Assembly (NCBI GenBank): GCA_030612025.1
Contig: JAUWOR010000007.1
Location: forward strand, 15,104-79,103
DNA: 64,000 bases
Direction: 5' to 3'
Origin: Dehalococcoidia bacterium
GTDB taxonomy: Bacteria > Chloroflexota > Dehalococcoidia > GIF9 > AB-539-J10
In this document: piece after piece, positions 19,432 to 29,299 of the stretch
Layout: every line of letters begins with the position of its first letter
Numbering within the stretch: the first letter of the stretch is position 1
Position numbers and translations under genes: made by a program
The notes under the pieces: model-generated
What the model saw: the letters and a program-made list of their open reading frames with translations, nothing else
What the model was told of the DNA's origin: nothing
Databases searched by the model: none

Positions 19432-20589
19432 TTATAGTAACCTTTCCCCTAACATAGACTTGATTTTGTAAGGTTTCCCATCCTTAATAAAGAGTTTAGG
19501 GACGCGCCTTTTATCCACCATACACACAACTTCATTAACAATAGTTTCAATTCTTTCGGCAGTCTCCTCTACACCTTGATTTCCGCACAAGGTCACTTCT
19601 TCTCCTATCGCAACGCCAGGGATATGGGTAACATCTATCATAGTTTGGTCCATGCAAACTCGTCCTATTACCGGAGCTTTGCTTCCTCTAATTAAAACTT
19701 CACTATTATTAGAGAGGAGGCGAGAGTAACCATCAGCATAACCTACTGGTAAAGTAGCTACTAAAGTCTCAGAAGTGGTAGTATAGGTTCTGCCATAACC
19801 AACACTTTTGCCGGCTGGTAATTTTTTGAGATAAACAATTCTGGTCTTGAGTTTTAAAGCCGGTTTTAATTTTATTACCCTCTTAACTTCAGCAGAAGGA
19901 TATAATCCGTAAATAATAATTCCCGGCCTTACCATATCTAAATTCATGTGAGGTAAGTCAAGGATAGCGGCGCTATTAGCGACATGTTTTAATGGTATTT
20001 TTATACCTTTCTTTTCTAAGGTGTTTAATACGGTGGTAAATTTTTCAAACTGTTCTTCAGTATAGCTTTTATCCTTTTCATCTGCTACGGGAAAATGGGT
20101 GAATATACCCTCTATCTGGATATTTTTCATAGCTTGTACTCTTTGGACAAAATTCAAAGCATCTTCAGGGAATACTCCTATCCTTCCCATTCCTGTATCC
20201 ACTTTTATATGAACTTTAGCTACCTTATTCATCTTAATTGCTAATTGAGAAAGGAACTCTACCATTTCAATGTCACAAACTGCTGGAGTAAGGTCATATA
20301 AAAGCAACGCCTCTGCCTGTTCTTTTGGAGTGAGACCAAGAATCAAAATAGGAGCTTTGATATTAGCCCGGCGCAACTCTACTCCTTCATCCAGCCGAGC
20401 CACAGCCAAGTAAGATGCACCATTCTTTAACAACACATGGGCCACTTCTGAAGCATCATGTCCATAAGCGTTAGCTTTTACCGTGGCCATAATTTTTACT
20501 TTTTCCCCAAGTAACCCCCTAATCGCTTTAATGTTGCTAACTATGGCATCCAGGTCAATTTCCGCCCAGATAGGTCCTAAATTCTGCAT
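19432..20589 (-). CDS. alr: alanine racemase
   Basis: The PLP-lysine motif VKANAYGHD and full-length Alr architecture are present. Confidence 0.85.
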   Translation of the reverse strand: MQNLGPIWAEIDLDAIVSNIKAIRGLLGEKVKIMATVKANAYGHDASEVAHVLLKNGASYLAVARLDEGVELRRANIKAPILILGLTPKEQAEALLLYDLTPAVCDIEMVEFLSQLAIKMNKVAKVHIKVDTGMGRIGVFPEDALNFVQRVQAMKNIQIEGIFTHFPVADEKDKSYTEEQFEKFTTVLNTLEKKGIKIPLKHVANSAAILDLPHMNLDMVRPGIIIYGLYPSAEVKRVIKLKPALKLKTRIVYLKKLPAGKSVGYGRTYTTTSETLVATLPVGYADGYSRLLSNNSEVLIRGSKAPVIGRVCMDQTMIDVTHIPGVAIGEEVTLCGNQGVEETAERIETIVNEVVCMVDKRRVPKLFIKDGKPYKIKSMLGERLL

Positions 20590-20708
20590 AGCAAACCCCC
20601 TCTAATTAGTAACCTTTCGTGCTATAATAATTTATATACTACTATAATTTACAGCAATTAAAAATTGCAATATGTGTCTTCGAAATAGAACTAACTAAAA
20701 AGAAAGGA

Positions 20709-20838
20709 GGGCGATTAAAAATGTAGTTGCCCAATTTATTGGGCGACTGTGCCTGATAAATCAGGCAACTACAAAAATTTGGCGGTGAGGCATCTCTAGA
20801 ATGCTCAAAATTGAACGAGAAGGTGAAATTAAACAGCC
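20709..20838 (+). repeat. MITE-like element, copy A (GGCTGTTTAA...TTAAACAGCC termini)
   Basis: About 85% identical to the copies at 28020-28207 and 36959-37088. It contains the GCCTGATAAATCAGGC hairpin and ends 27 nt before the glyA ATG with an AAGGAGG RBS in between. Confidence 0.7.
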
Positions 20839-20865
20839 TAAAGAAAGGAAGGAGGTAAGTTAAAG

Positions 20866-22104
20866 ATGGGGTACGAAAATTTGAAAAGAGGTGACAAGGT
20901 GGTTTATGCCACAATGCTGAAGGAGATAGAGAGAGTAAACACTGGTCTTGAATTGATACCTTCAGAGAATTTTCCTAGCGAAGCAACTCTTGAAGCGCTT
21001 GGCTCTGTTTTCAATGACAAGTATTCCGAGGGATATCCAGGTAAGAGATACTACGGGGGGAATAAGTTTATCGATGTTATCGAGAATCTAGCTATTGAAA
21101 GAGCAAAGAAGTTATTTGGAGCAGAGCATGTAAATGTCCAGCCATACTCCGGCAGTCCAGCTAACATGGAAGTTTATCTTGCTTTGATGAATCCTGGAGA
21201 TACCTTTATGGGAATGAAATTGGACCAGGGAGGACATTTAACTCATGGGCATAAGGTAAGTTTCACTGGTAAGCTATTCAATGCGGTTCAATATGGAGTA
21301 AATAAAGAGACGGAGCTATTAGATTATGACGAAATCAGAAAAACTGCTCTAGAGGTAAGACCCAAAATGATTGTTTGCGGGGCCACTGCTTATCCGCGTG
21401 AGATTGATTTCAAGGCATTTCATGAGATAGCAGCGGAAGTCGGAGCTATTTCCATGGCTGATATTGCTCATATTGCCGGGCTTATTGTTGGTGGTGTCCA
21501 TCAATCACCCTTTCCTTACATAGACGTGGTAACAACAACGACACATAAAACTCTTAGAGGCCCAAGAGGAGCAATGATAATGTGCAAAGAGAGATTTGCT
21601 AAAGATATAGACGAAACAGTTTTCCCTGGGATGCAGGGAGGACCACATGACCATGTTACAGCAGCAATGGCTGTTGCTTTTGGCGAAGCTCTAAAGCCGG
21701 AGTTTAAAAATTATGCCAGACAGATTATGAAAAATGCCAGAGCATTAGCGGAATCCTTAATGGAAAATGGTTTTAGGTTAGTAACTGGAGGGACTGATAA
21801 CCATTTAATCCTTGTTGATTTGCGGAGTAAAGGTGTTACCGGGAAAGAGGCGGAGACAGCCTTAGATATTGCTGGTATAACCGTAAACAAAAATACGATT
21901 CCATTCGATCCAAGAAAACCTTTTGATCCCAGTGGCATAAGATTGGGAACACCGACGGTAACAACCAGAGGAATGAGGGAAGCAGAGATGAAACAGATTG
22001 GAAATTTTATAACCGCGGCAATAGACGCGAAAGACAATCGGGAAAAGTTAGAAAAAATCCAACAGGAGGTTAAAGCATTATGTCAGCCATTCCCTGTATA
22101 TTGA
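20866..22104 (+). CDS. glyA: serine hydroxymethyltransferase
   Basis: PLP-binding region ([16 protein letters not shown]) and full SHMT length are present. Confidence 0.9.
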   Translation: MGYENLKRGDKVVYATMLKEIERVNTGLELIPSENFPSEATLEALGSVFNDKYSEGYPGKRYYGGNKFIDVIENLAIERAKKLFGAEHVNVQPYSGSPANMEVYLALMNPGDTFMGMKLDQGGHLTHGHKVSFTGKLFNAVQYGVNKETELLDYDEIRKTALEVRPKMIVCGATAYPREIDFKAFHEIAAEVGAISMADIAHIAGLIVGGVHQSPFPYIDVVTTTTHKTLRGPRGAMIMCKERFAKDIDETVFPGMQGGPHDHVTAAMAVAFGEALKPEFKNYARQIMKNARALAESLMENGFRLVTGGTDNHLILVDLRSKGVTGKEAETALDIAGITVNKNTIPFDPRKPFDPSGIRLGTPTVTTRGMREAEMKQIGNFITAAIDAKDNREKLEKIQQEVKALCQPFPVY

Positions 22105-22150
22105 TGCTGGCCCTAATCTATTTAAGCCTCAGAAATTATTAGGAGGTAAA

Positions 22151-23194
22151 GTGAAAGATTGGGAAATGCGAGGAAAAGTTGCTCAGCATGTGTTTGAAAC
22201 AATAGGTTCTACACCATTGGTAAAACTCAATAAGGTAAGTCAAGGGATAAATGCTGATATTCTGGGGAAATTGGAGTGGTTTTCTCCCACTGGTTCGCTG
22301 AAGGATAGAATCTATTATCAGATGATTACGCAAGCAATAAAAAATCAGGAACTAAAACCGGGTATGGAAATTTTAGAAACTTCTACTGGCAATGCTGGAA
22401 TTGCTTGTGCCTTCGTAGGTGGTTTATTAGGTTATCCGGTAACGATTATTCTTCCTGATGGAATGAGTGCTGAGAGAGCAAAAATTATGCAAGCATATGG
22501 AGCAAAGGTTATCTATACTCCGGGCGCAGAATCAGACGTAGACCTCTGCCTAATAAAGCAGGAAGAAATTATAAGAGAAAACCCTGGGAAATATTGGGTG
22601 CCTAGTCAATACACTAACCAAAACAATGTTGTGGCCCATTACCTTACTACTGGCCCTGAAATTTGGGAACAAACGGAGGGTAAGGTGGATGCCTTTTTAG
22701 TTACTCAGGGAACAGGGGGGACAATTAGTGGGGTGGGAAGGTATTTGAGGGAGAGAAATCCTAAGATTTTGCTTTATGCTGGTGAGCCGTCTGAAGCACC
22801 AATGTTGGCCAGAAGAAAATGGGGCTCCCATCGGATCGAAGGTATCGGTGATGGGTTTGTTCCTCGAAATTTGGATGCGAGTTTACTCAATGGCGTCTTT
22901 CTAGTCACTTCGGAAGAAGCTATTGAAATGGGGAAGAAACTAGCTCGGGAGGAAGGCTTATTTTGTGGGATTTCTTCTGGGGCAAATGTAGTCGGGGCCA
23001 TTAAATTAGCTAAACGACATCCAGAACTTAAGGTAATCGTTACTCTGATTAACGATACAGGGCAGCGTTATTTCTCTACCCCATTATGTGGCGTTGAAAA
23101 GCACATTGAAATTCCAGAGAGGGAGCACCCATTTGATGATTATACTATTGCAGAACTTGATAAATACCAATCAGGTTGGGAGATTATAGAGTGA
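22151..23194 (+). CDS. cysteine synthase / O-acetylserine sulfhydrylase family PLP enzyme
   Basis: PLP-Lys motif (SLKDR), Gly-rich loop (GTGGTISG) and CysK/CBS-family length are present. Confidence 0.75.
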   Translation: MKDWEMRGKVAQHVFETIGSTPLVKLNKVSQGINADILGKLEWFSPTGSLKDRIYYQMITQAIKNQELKPGMEILETSTGNAGIACAFVGGLLGYPVTIILPDGMSAERAKIMQAYGAKVIYTPGAESDVDLCLIKQEEIIRENPGKYWVPSQYTNQNNVVAHYLTTGPEIWEQTEGKVDAFLVTQGTGGTISGVGRYLRERNPKILLYAGEPSEAPMLARRKWGSHRIEGIGDGFVPRNLDASLLNGVFLVTSEEAIEMGKKLAREEGLFCGISSGANVVGAIKLAKRHPELKVIVTLINDTGQRYFSTPLCGVEKHIEIPEREHPFDDYTIAELDKYQSGWEIIE

Positions 23195-23245
23195 GAAAAA
23201 GTTCTAACTTCTGTGGAAGACGTGCTAGGATAATAACTATTTAAA

Positions 23246-24538
23246 GTGTTTCAAAGTCAAGGAGGAGCAATGGAACCGGGTATAGAAGGCGAGGTTCTCA
23301 AACTTATTGAAAAAAGGCGAGATGCAATCGTTGAATTTCTGAGAGAATTAATATCTTTTCCTAGTGTGACAGGGGATGAGCTTGAAATTCAGAAGTTTAC
23401 TGCTCGCAATCTTGAAAGTATGGGTCTTGTAGTTGACAAGTGGGAGCCTGATCATGAGAAGCTGAAGAAACATCCTGCCTATGTACCGGTTGAATATGGA
23501 TACGCAAATCGCCCGAATGTGGTTGGAACATATAAAGGGACAGAAGGTGGGAAGTCTTTGCTTCTCAACGGTCATGTTGATGTTGTCCCTCCAGGGCCTT
23601 TAGATGCTTGGGAGCACCAACCATGGTCGGGAGATGTTGTGGGGAATCGGTTATATGGAAGAGGGGCTTCAGATATGAAAAGTGGTCTGGCTGCAATGAC
23701 AATGGCTCTTGATAGCTTAATACGTTTGGATATTAGCTTGAGAGGAGATGTAATTCTTGAATATGTGGTGGATGAAGAGCTGAGTGGGAATGGAACATTG
23801 GACTGTGTAATGAAAGGATATCATACTGATGCCGGTATTTGTTGTGAGAGTAGCAGCCTTCATGTTCAGCCAGCTTGCCTAGGGAGGATCTGGTTTGAAA
23901 TCTCTGTTCGGGGGAAACCAGCGGGGATCCAGAGAAGATGGGAAGGGGTAAATGCGATAGAGAAGGGATACGCAATTGTGCAGGTTGTTTCAAACCTTGA
24001 AGATATTAGGATCAATGAAGTGAGCCACCCTCTTTACCCTGAAAATCGAAGTGCGATCCCTTGCATGGTTGGTATGTTTCAATCTGGATCCTTTGCTAGT
24101 TCATTTCCTGATACTTGCTTGCTCAAAGGGAGTATCGCTTCTCTGCCTGGGGAAAACACAAATGAAGTAAAACAAAGTCTTGTTGAACAGATCTCGACTT
24201 TTTCAAAAACAGATCCTTGGCTCAAGGACAACCCACCTGAAGTTAAATTTGTTGGCTATTGTGGTGAGCCTGCTGAAATACCTCCGGATCATCCTATTGT
24301 CCGTACCCTAGCTCGAAGATTTGCCTTTGTTACTGGTAAACAGCCTCAGATCACCGGAAGGCAAGGAGCGGCTGATACCAGATATCTCATAAAATACGGC
24401 AATACACCGACAGTAATTTTTGGACCAGGTTTGACAGAACAGATGCATGCTACTAATGAGTGGGTAGATATTGATTATCTGGTTACTGCTACCAAGGTCT
24501 TGGCCTTATCTATCATGGACTGGTGTGGCTATGAATAG
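23246..24538 (+). CDS. M20 family metallopeptidase (ArgE/DapE-like)
   Basis: Metal-binding motifs (LLLNGHVDVVP; GRGASDMKSGLAAM) and a dimerisation domain are present. Confidence 0.75.
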   Translation: MFQSQGGAMEPGIEGEVLKLIEKRRDAIVEFLRELISFPSVTGDELEIQKFTARNLESMGLVVDKWEPDHEKLKKHPAYVPVEYGYANRPNVVGTYKGTEGGKSLLLNGHVDVVPPGPLDAWEHQPWSGDVVGNRLYGRGASDMKSGLAAMTMALDSLIRLDISLRGDVILEYVVDEELSGNGTLDCVMKGYHTDAGICCESSSLHVQPACLGRIWFEISVRGKPAGIQRRWEGVNAIEKGYAIVQVVSNLEDIRINEVSHPLYPENRSAIPCMVGMFQSGSFASSFPDTCLLKGSIASLPGENTNEVKQSLVEQISTFSKTDPWLKDNPPEVKFVGYCGEPAEIPPDHPIVRTLARRFAFVTGKQPQITGRQGAADTRYLIKYGNTPTVIFGPGLTEQMHATNEWVDIDYLVTATKVLALSIMDWCGYE

Positions 24539-24544
24539 AGATAG

Positions 24545-24762
24545 CCATAGTAACTACTTCAAGCAAGGCAACTCCTAACCTAGCAGCACCATTTTTTAAA
24601 GCTACCCGGGATACTTCCACAGCATCATGCCCATAGGCATTTGCCTTGACAATTGGCCATAATTTCGCAATTTTTGCCTACCACCTTCTTTATCATGCTA
24701 ACATTATGGCCTACGGCATCAAGGTCAATCTCTAGCCATGCCAACCCCTGGTTCTGCATTTA
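24545..24762 (-). pseudogene. duplicated 5' fragment of alanine racemase (alr) with frameshift
   Basis: The minus-strand translation MQNQGLAWLEIDLDAVGHNVSMIKKVVGKNCEIMA parallels the alr N-terminus (MQNLGPIWAEIDLDAIVSNIKAIRGLLGEKVKIMA). The DNA aligns to 20440-20589, with a 1-nt indel before the KANAYGHD codons. The fragment has its own GAGGAGG RBS. Confidence 0.55.
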
Positions 24763-24783
24763 TGCCCCTCCTCTTATTATCAG

Positions 24784-24816
24784 GGCTGTTTAATTTTGCC
24801 TCAGCTTCAAAATCTA
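24784..24816 (-). repeat. truncated terminal fragment of the MITE-like element
   Basis: GGCTGTTTAATTTTG plus a partial right end matches the TIR of the full copies. Confidence 0.4.
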
Positions 24817-24849
24817 CCCCGTGTAGTAATCTTCGCTACTACACAGGGC
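24817..24849 (+). repeat. perfect hairpin repeat (11-bp stem CCCTGTGTAGTA-like / 8-nt loop), copy 1
   Basis: CCCCGTGTAGTAATCTTCGCTACTACACAGGGC is identical to the copy at 24930-24962. A reverse-orientation copy is nested in MITE copy B at 28041-28072. Confidence 0.7.
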
Positions 24850-24929
24850 AGGTTCATCTTATCCAGTTTTAATAATCTTCACCCCAAAGATTCTCGTAGT
24901 GCGACCCTTTAGGGTCGTGCACGAGGCTA

Positions 24930-24962
24930 CCCCGTGTAGTAATCTTCGCTACTACACAGGGC
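24930..24962 (+). repeat. perfect hairpin repeat, copy 2
   Basis: This is the same 33-nt sequence as copy 1, in direct repeat 113 bp away. Confidence 0.7.
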
Positions 24963-24997
24963 CGAAGCCTCGCACTACATTTTTAAACACCCTTTTA

Positions 24998-26392
24998 TTA
25001 TCCTCTGTCAGACAAACCCTTGATAAGCCTATCAAGGGTTTCCTTGGCATCTCCCCACAGTAAAATAGCGTGTTTTTCTTTATAGAGAGGATTTTCTACT
25101 CCAGAGTAGCCAGGTCTTTCATCGAGATTACAGACCAATATGTTTTCTGCCTCAAAAACTTTCAGTATAGGCATGCCAGAGATAGGAGTTCCGGCAACTC
25201 TAATAGCAGATGGATTTACTACATCACAGGCGCCTACTGTCACCGCCACGTCTGTATTCTTAAAATCCTCATTTATAGCATCCATTTCCAGGAGTTTATC
25301 ATAAGGAACCCCAGCCTCGGCTAATAAAACATTCATATGCCCTGGCATTCTTCCCGCTACAGGATGAATGGCAAACCTTACCCTAGCCCCCCTTGCTTCC
25401 AGGATTTCTGCCAGCTCCCACACCTTGAATTGAGCTTGAGAAAGTGCCATTCCGTAACCAGGGGCAATAATGACTTCATCAGCCTCTTTTAGAATTTTCA
25501 AAGAAAAACTGAATTTGTCCTCTTCCGTCATTTCAGCTTCTTTTTTCAATTGCAAGGAATCCGGTTCCAGCCTCTTACCGCTCACTGGTGTGACTCCCAG
25601 CCCCAGAAAAACATTTGCTAAATTTCTGTTCATCGCCCGACACATTTTTTGGCTGAGTAAAATTCCCGAGGCTCCAACCATTGCCCCGCAAGCTACCAAT
25701 AAAGGATTTTGCGTTACAAAACCACACAAAGAGGCAGCTAGCCCTGATAAAGCATTTAAAAAACAAATAACAACAGGCATATCCGCTCCACCTATCCGAA
25801 TAGTAAAGATTACTCCTAGAGCAAGGGCGAAAGGTAACAAAATTATACCGTAGAGTAAGAAAGAGGTAAATCTTAGGTAGACGGCAAAAGCCCAATAGAG
25901 AATCAGGAGAAGAGCTATTCCTGAAGTTAGCCAGGAATGGTGAGGCAGGATTACTGGTTGTTGTTTCACTTTCCCACTTAGTTTACCGACAGCTATTAGG
26001 CTGCCGCTAAAGGTAAAAGAGCCCACAATGACCGCCCAGCCGCATATATACATATTCGCAGTTGTTGCCGGGTTTGCTGTCTCGGCTAGAGAAACCAGGC
26101 AAGAGGCAGCCCCCCCACATCCGTTTAGAAAAGCAACTAACTGGGGCATTTGAATCATCTTTACCTGGATGGCAAGCGCAGCTCCTATTATGCTGCCAAT
26201 GAGAAGAGCTACTGCCACAGAGCCAACGCCTAATAATTCCTGCTGAGCTAAAATTAATACAATCGCGGCTAACATAGCTATAGCAGCAATAATATTTCCC
26301 CAGCGCGCATATTCAGGGGAACTGAGAAGTCTTATCCCGGAGATTACTGCTACAGCAACAATTAGATAAAGATAAAAAATAGTAGAAGGCAA
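24998..26392 (-). CDS. pntB: NAD(P) transhydrogenase subunit beta
   Basis: A polytopic N-terminal domain is followed by a C-terminal NADP(H)-binding dIII domain (GYGMALSQAQ...VVNPSA). Confidence 0.85.
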   Translation of the reverse strand: MPSTIFYLYLIVAVAVISGIRLLSSPEYARWGNIIAAIAMLAAIVLILAQQELLGVGSVAVALLIGSIIGAALAIQVKMIQMPQLVAFLNGCGGAASCLVSLAETANPATTANMYICGWAVIVGSFTFSGSLIAVGKLSGKVKQQPVILPHHSWLTSGIALLLILYWAFAVYLRFTSFLLYGIILLPFALALGVIFTIRIGGADMPVVICFLNALSGLAASLCGFVTQNPLLVACGAMVGASGILLSQKMCRAMNRNLANVFLGLGVTPVSGKRLEPDSLQLKKEAEMTEEDKFSFSLKILKEADEVIIAPGYGMALSQAQFKVWELAEILEARGARVRFAIHPVAGRMPGHMNVLLAEAGVPYDKLLEMDAINEDFKNTDVAVTVGACDVVNPSAIRVAGTPISGMPILKVFEAENILVCNLDERPGYSGVENPLYKEKHAILLWGDAKETLDRLIKGLSDRG

Positions 26393-26396
26393 CGCT

Positions 26397-26678
26397 TTAT
26401 TCTTTCCCCTTGCTTTTTCCTTTTTTAAACATAGCTAGCATTCTTCCAGTGACAAGAAAACCACCAACCACGTTTACCATTGCCAGAACTATGGCTACCA
26501 TGGCTAAGGATTTGCTGGAGGTAGTGGCAGCAACAGCAACAGCTATGAGAGCACCTAAAACTGTGACTCCTGAAATAGCATTGGTTCCAGACATCAATGG
26601 AGTATGCAGCAGGGAAGGTACTTTGGTAATAACCCAGTATCCTATAAGGCCCGAAAGAATAAAGACAAGAACAAGCAT
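26397..26678 (-). CDS. pntA: NAD(P) transhydrogenase subunit alpha part 2 (membrane)
   Basis: This 93-aa protein of 3-4 TM helices sits between pntAA and pntB. Confidence 0.75.
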   Translation of the reverse strand: MLVLVFILSGLIGYWVITKVPSLLHTPLMSGTNAISGVTVLGALIAVAVAATTSSKSLAMVAIVLAMVNVVGGFLVTGRMLAMFKKGKSKGKE

Positions 26679-26712
26679 AGATTTTAGCTTTAAATTATAG
26701 TTCTCTCAGGGT

Positions 26713-27891
26713 TTATTTAACTTCCTCCATAGCCTTTAAAGTGCCCTGGTGAACTATTTTCCCATCAATGGTAACCAAAGCTTTTTTAACAATCTCATCT
26801 TCTTGGTCTATCTTGAGTTCCTTAGCTTTAATCAGCGAATCAAGAAAGTTAGAAATATTGGTAGCATAAAGCCTGGTAGAATCCCTAGGCATCCTACCAG
26901 GTATGTTTGCTATCCCACTTATGAGGACATCGTGTTCCCATATCTGCTTTCCGTGTTGAGTGAGACTACAATTCCCCCCTTGATCTATAGCCACATCACA
27001 GATGATGGAACCCTTTTTCATTCCTGTTATCATTTCTCTAGTAATGAAAACTGGAGCTCTTTCACCAGGAATCAAGGCAGCGCTTATCACTATGTCAGAC
27101 TCCTCAACCAGGGGTACTAGAGCCTCTTTCTCTTTTTCTAGCCACTCCTCAGGCAAAGCTTTAGCGTATCCTCCTTCCCCTATGGCTAAATCTGGAGGAA
27201 CATCAAATCCGACAACTTTCGCCCCAAGACTAGCTGCTTGCTCCCGGGCATCAGGTCGAATATCTACAGCAGAAACAACCCCTCCTAATCTTTTAGCCGT
27301 AGCTATAGCCTGAAGTCCTACTATACCCGTCCCGATTATCAAAAATTTGGCTGGTTCTATCATACCAATGGCAGTCATGGTCATAGGAATAAACTTAGGA
27401 AAACAATTAGCCGCCATTATAGCTGACTTATATCCGGCAACTGTGCTCATCGAGGTTAAAGCATCCATCTTCTGAGCTCGAGTTATTCTGGGAATGCTAT
27501 CCATGGTGAAAGAAATTATTTTTCTATCCCTAATCTTTTTGACCATCTCGTGATTGGTAGGAGAAGCAGGATGGAGAAAAGAAATAAGGACGGTGTTTTC
27601 CTTCATCATATCAATTTCGTGCTTATTTTTTTCGTGATTATATAAGGGCTCTTTAACCTTTAAAATTACGTTGGCCCTATCATAAAGGGCTTCCACATCA
27701 TCTATGATTTCAGCCCCGGCTATCCTGTATTCCTCATTCCCAAAAAGGGCACCTTCTCCAGCCGATTTTTCTACCAGCACCTTGATTCCCATTTCTACAT
27801 ACTTCTTGCAAGTAGAAGGGATTGCTGATACTCTTTTTTCACCCTCCATTATCTCTTTTGGTATTCCCAGCACAATCTCTTTTGAATACAC
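26713..27891 (-). CDS. pntA: NAD(P) transhydrogenase subunit alpha part 1 (dI, AlaDH/PNT family)
   Basis: An NAD-binding Rossmann fold (GTGIVGLQAIATAKRLGG) and AlaDH/PNT N-terminal domain are present. Confidence 0.85.
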   Translation of the reverse strand: MYSKEIVLGIPKEIMEGEKRVSAIPSTCKKYVEMGIKVLVEKSAGEGALFGNEEYRIAGAEIIDDVEALYDRANVILKVKEPLYNHEKNKHEIDMMKENTVLISFLHPASPTNHEMVKKIRDRKIISFTMDSIPRITRAQKMDALTSMSTVAGYKSAIMAANCFPKFIPMTMTAIGMIEPAKFLIIGTGIVGLQAIATAKRLGGVVSAVDIRPDAREQAASLGAKVVGFDVPPDLAIGEGGYAKALPEEWLEKEKEALVPLVEESDIVISAALIPGERAPVFITREMITGMKKGSIICDVAIDQGGNCSLTQHGKQIWEHDVLISGIANIPGRMPRDSTRLYATNISNFLDSLIKAKELKIDQEDEIVKKALVTIDGKIVHQGTLKAMEEVK

Positions 27892-28019
27892 CTTCTACCT
27901 CCTTTTGCGTCAATTTTTACAATTATATACCCCGATGGCAGTAAATTCTAGGCTCTATTGGCTCTATACTGAATTTTGTAGAAAATGGTAAGGTGGTAAG
28001 AACCACAGAGACAAAAAGG

Positions 28020-28207
28020 GGCTGTTTAAAAATGTAGTTGCCCTGTGTAGTAGCGAAGATTACTACACAGGGCGACTGTGCCTGATAAATCAAGCAACTT
28101 TGGCCCTCCATTCATTAAGGCCTGATAAATCAGGCAACTACGAAAATTTGGGAGTGAAACACCTCCGAGATGGCTGAAATTGAACGGGGAATCAAAATTA
28201 AACAGCC
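28020..28207 (+). repeat. MITE-like element, copy B (with nested hairpin repeat and internal partial duplication)
   Basis: The termini and core match copy A. The 33-nt hairpin is inserted in reverse orientation and the CCTGATAAATCA(G/A)GCAACT segment is duplicated. It lies about 195 nt upstream of the co-oriented gene at 28402. Confidence 0.7.
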
Positions 28208-28401
28208 ACCGCGGGTGTGGAACTTGTGCCTCTCCACTCAAGATTGACTAAGCAGGCTGAGGCAGAAGCCCTAGGCCTTTATAAGGCAAGAAAAAAGAAC
28301 GCCGGGGCTCCAATAAACCACTACCTTGGTAATGAACTCTTGGCACAAAAACTGCGGAATTTTGACTAAGGCCCGCCTAATTAGTTAAATTATAAGTATA
28401 A

Positions 28402-29232
28402 ATGGCAGATTTACTCTTTGGTCCGGCAGGAGTTTCACTAAGCGCTAAGGAACGCTCCACAGAAAGTGGCATCCAACGCGTTGCTGAGCTAGGTTTAGGA
28501 TGTATGGAGCTGGAATTCGTCCGAGGGGTGAAGATGAGCGAAAGGAGTGCTCTAGCTATAGGGCAACTAGCCAGAGAAAAGGGAGTGGCACTCAGTGCCC
28601 ACGCTCCTTACTTCATAAACCTTAATGCTCAAGAGTTAGAGAAGATAAGAGCTAGTCAAGAAAGGTTGCTTCACACTGCTCGAATTGCCTCCCTGTGTGG
28701 TGCTAGAAGTGTGGTTTTTCACGCCGCCTATTATCTAAGTGACCCACCAAATAAAGTTTATGACACGGTGAAGAGACAACTACAGGAGGTAACAAACAGA
28801 CTAAGAATGGAAAGCAATAGAATTTGGATTAGACCGGAGAACACCGGGAAAGTTAGCCAATTCGGCACCCTAGACGAGGTGATAAAGCTAAGCAAAGAAA
28901 TTGAGGGAATAACCCCTTGCATCGATTTCGCTCATTGGCATGCTCGAACAGGGAATTTCAATTCCTACCCTGAATTTACTGCTACCTTGGAACAAATAGG
29001 AAACAAACTGGGAAGAGCAACCTTGGATAATATGCACATACATGCCTCGGGAATAGCCTATGGGGAAAAAGGCGAAATTAAACACTTAAATATGAAAGAA
29101 TCCGACTTCAATTATGTTGACCTAGTTAAAGCCTTGAAAGATTATAAGGTTAAAGGATTGGTTATCAGTGAAAGTCCCAACCTAGAAGAAGATGCCCTCC
29201 TTTTACAGGAGACTTACAATTCCTGTATGTGA
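28402..29232 (+). CDS. endonuclease IV-like / xylose-isomerase-like TIM-barrel protein (AP endonuclease family 2)
   Basis: Nfo-like motifs are present: SAHAPYFINLNA, ENTGK and CIDFAHWHARTGNF (compare E. coli CIDTCHAFAAGY). Confidence 0.65.
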   Translation: MADLLFGPAGVSLSAKERSTESGIQRVAELGLGCMELEFVRGVKMSERSALAIGQLAREKGVALSAHAPYFINLNAQELEKIRASQERLLHTARIASLCGARSVVFHAAYYLSDPPNKVYDTVKRQLQEVTNRLRMESNRIWIRPENTGKVSQFGTLDEVIKLSKEIEGITPCIDFAHWHARTGNFNSYPEFTATLEQIGNKLGRATLDNMHIHASGIAYGEKGEIKHLNMKESDFNYVDLVKALKDYKVKGLVISESPNLEEDALLLQETYNSCM

Positions 29233-29299
29233 TGCTTCGCTACTTCCAGCAATTTTTTCCATTTATAGTGTTTGTGCTATAATAAACGTGAGTTAAACT

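Noticed and set aside
24817-24962. 33-nt palindromic repeats considered as a possible CRISPR array
   Set aside because: There are only two direct copies with a 79-nt spacer, which is far longer than CRISPR spacers. A third copy is inverted and nested inside another repeat 3 kb away. No cas genes are nearby. A mobile palindrome fits better.
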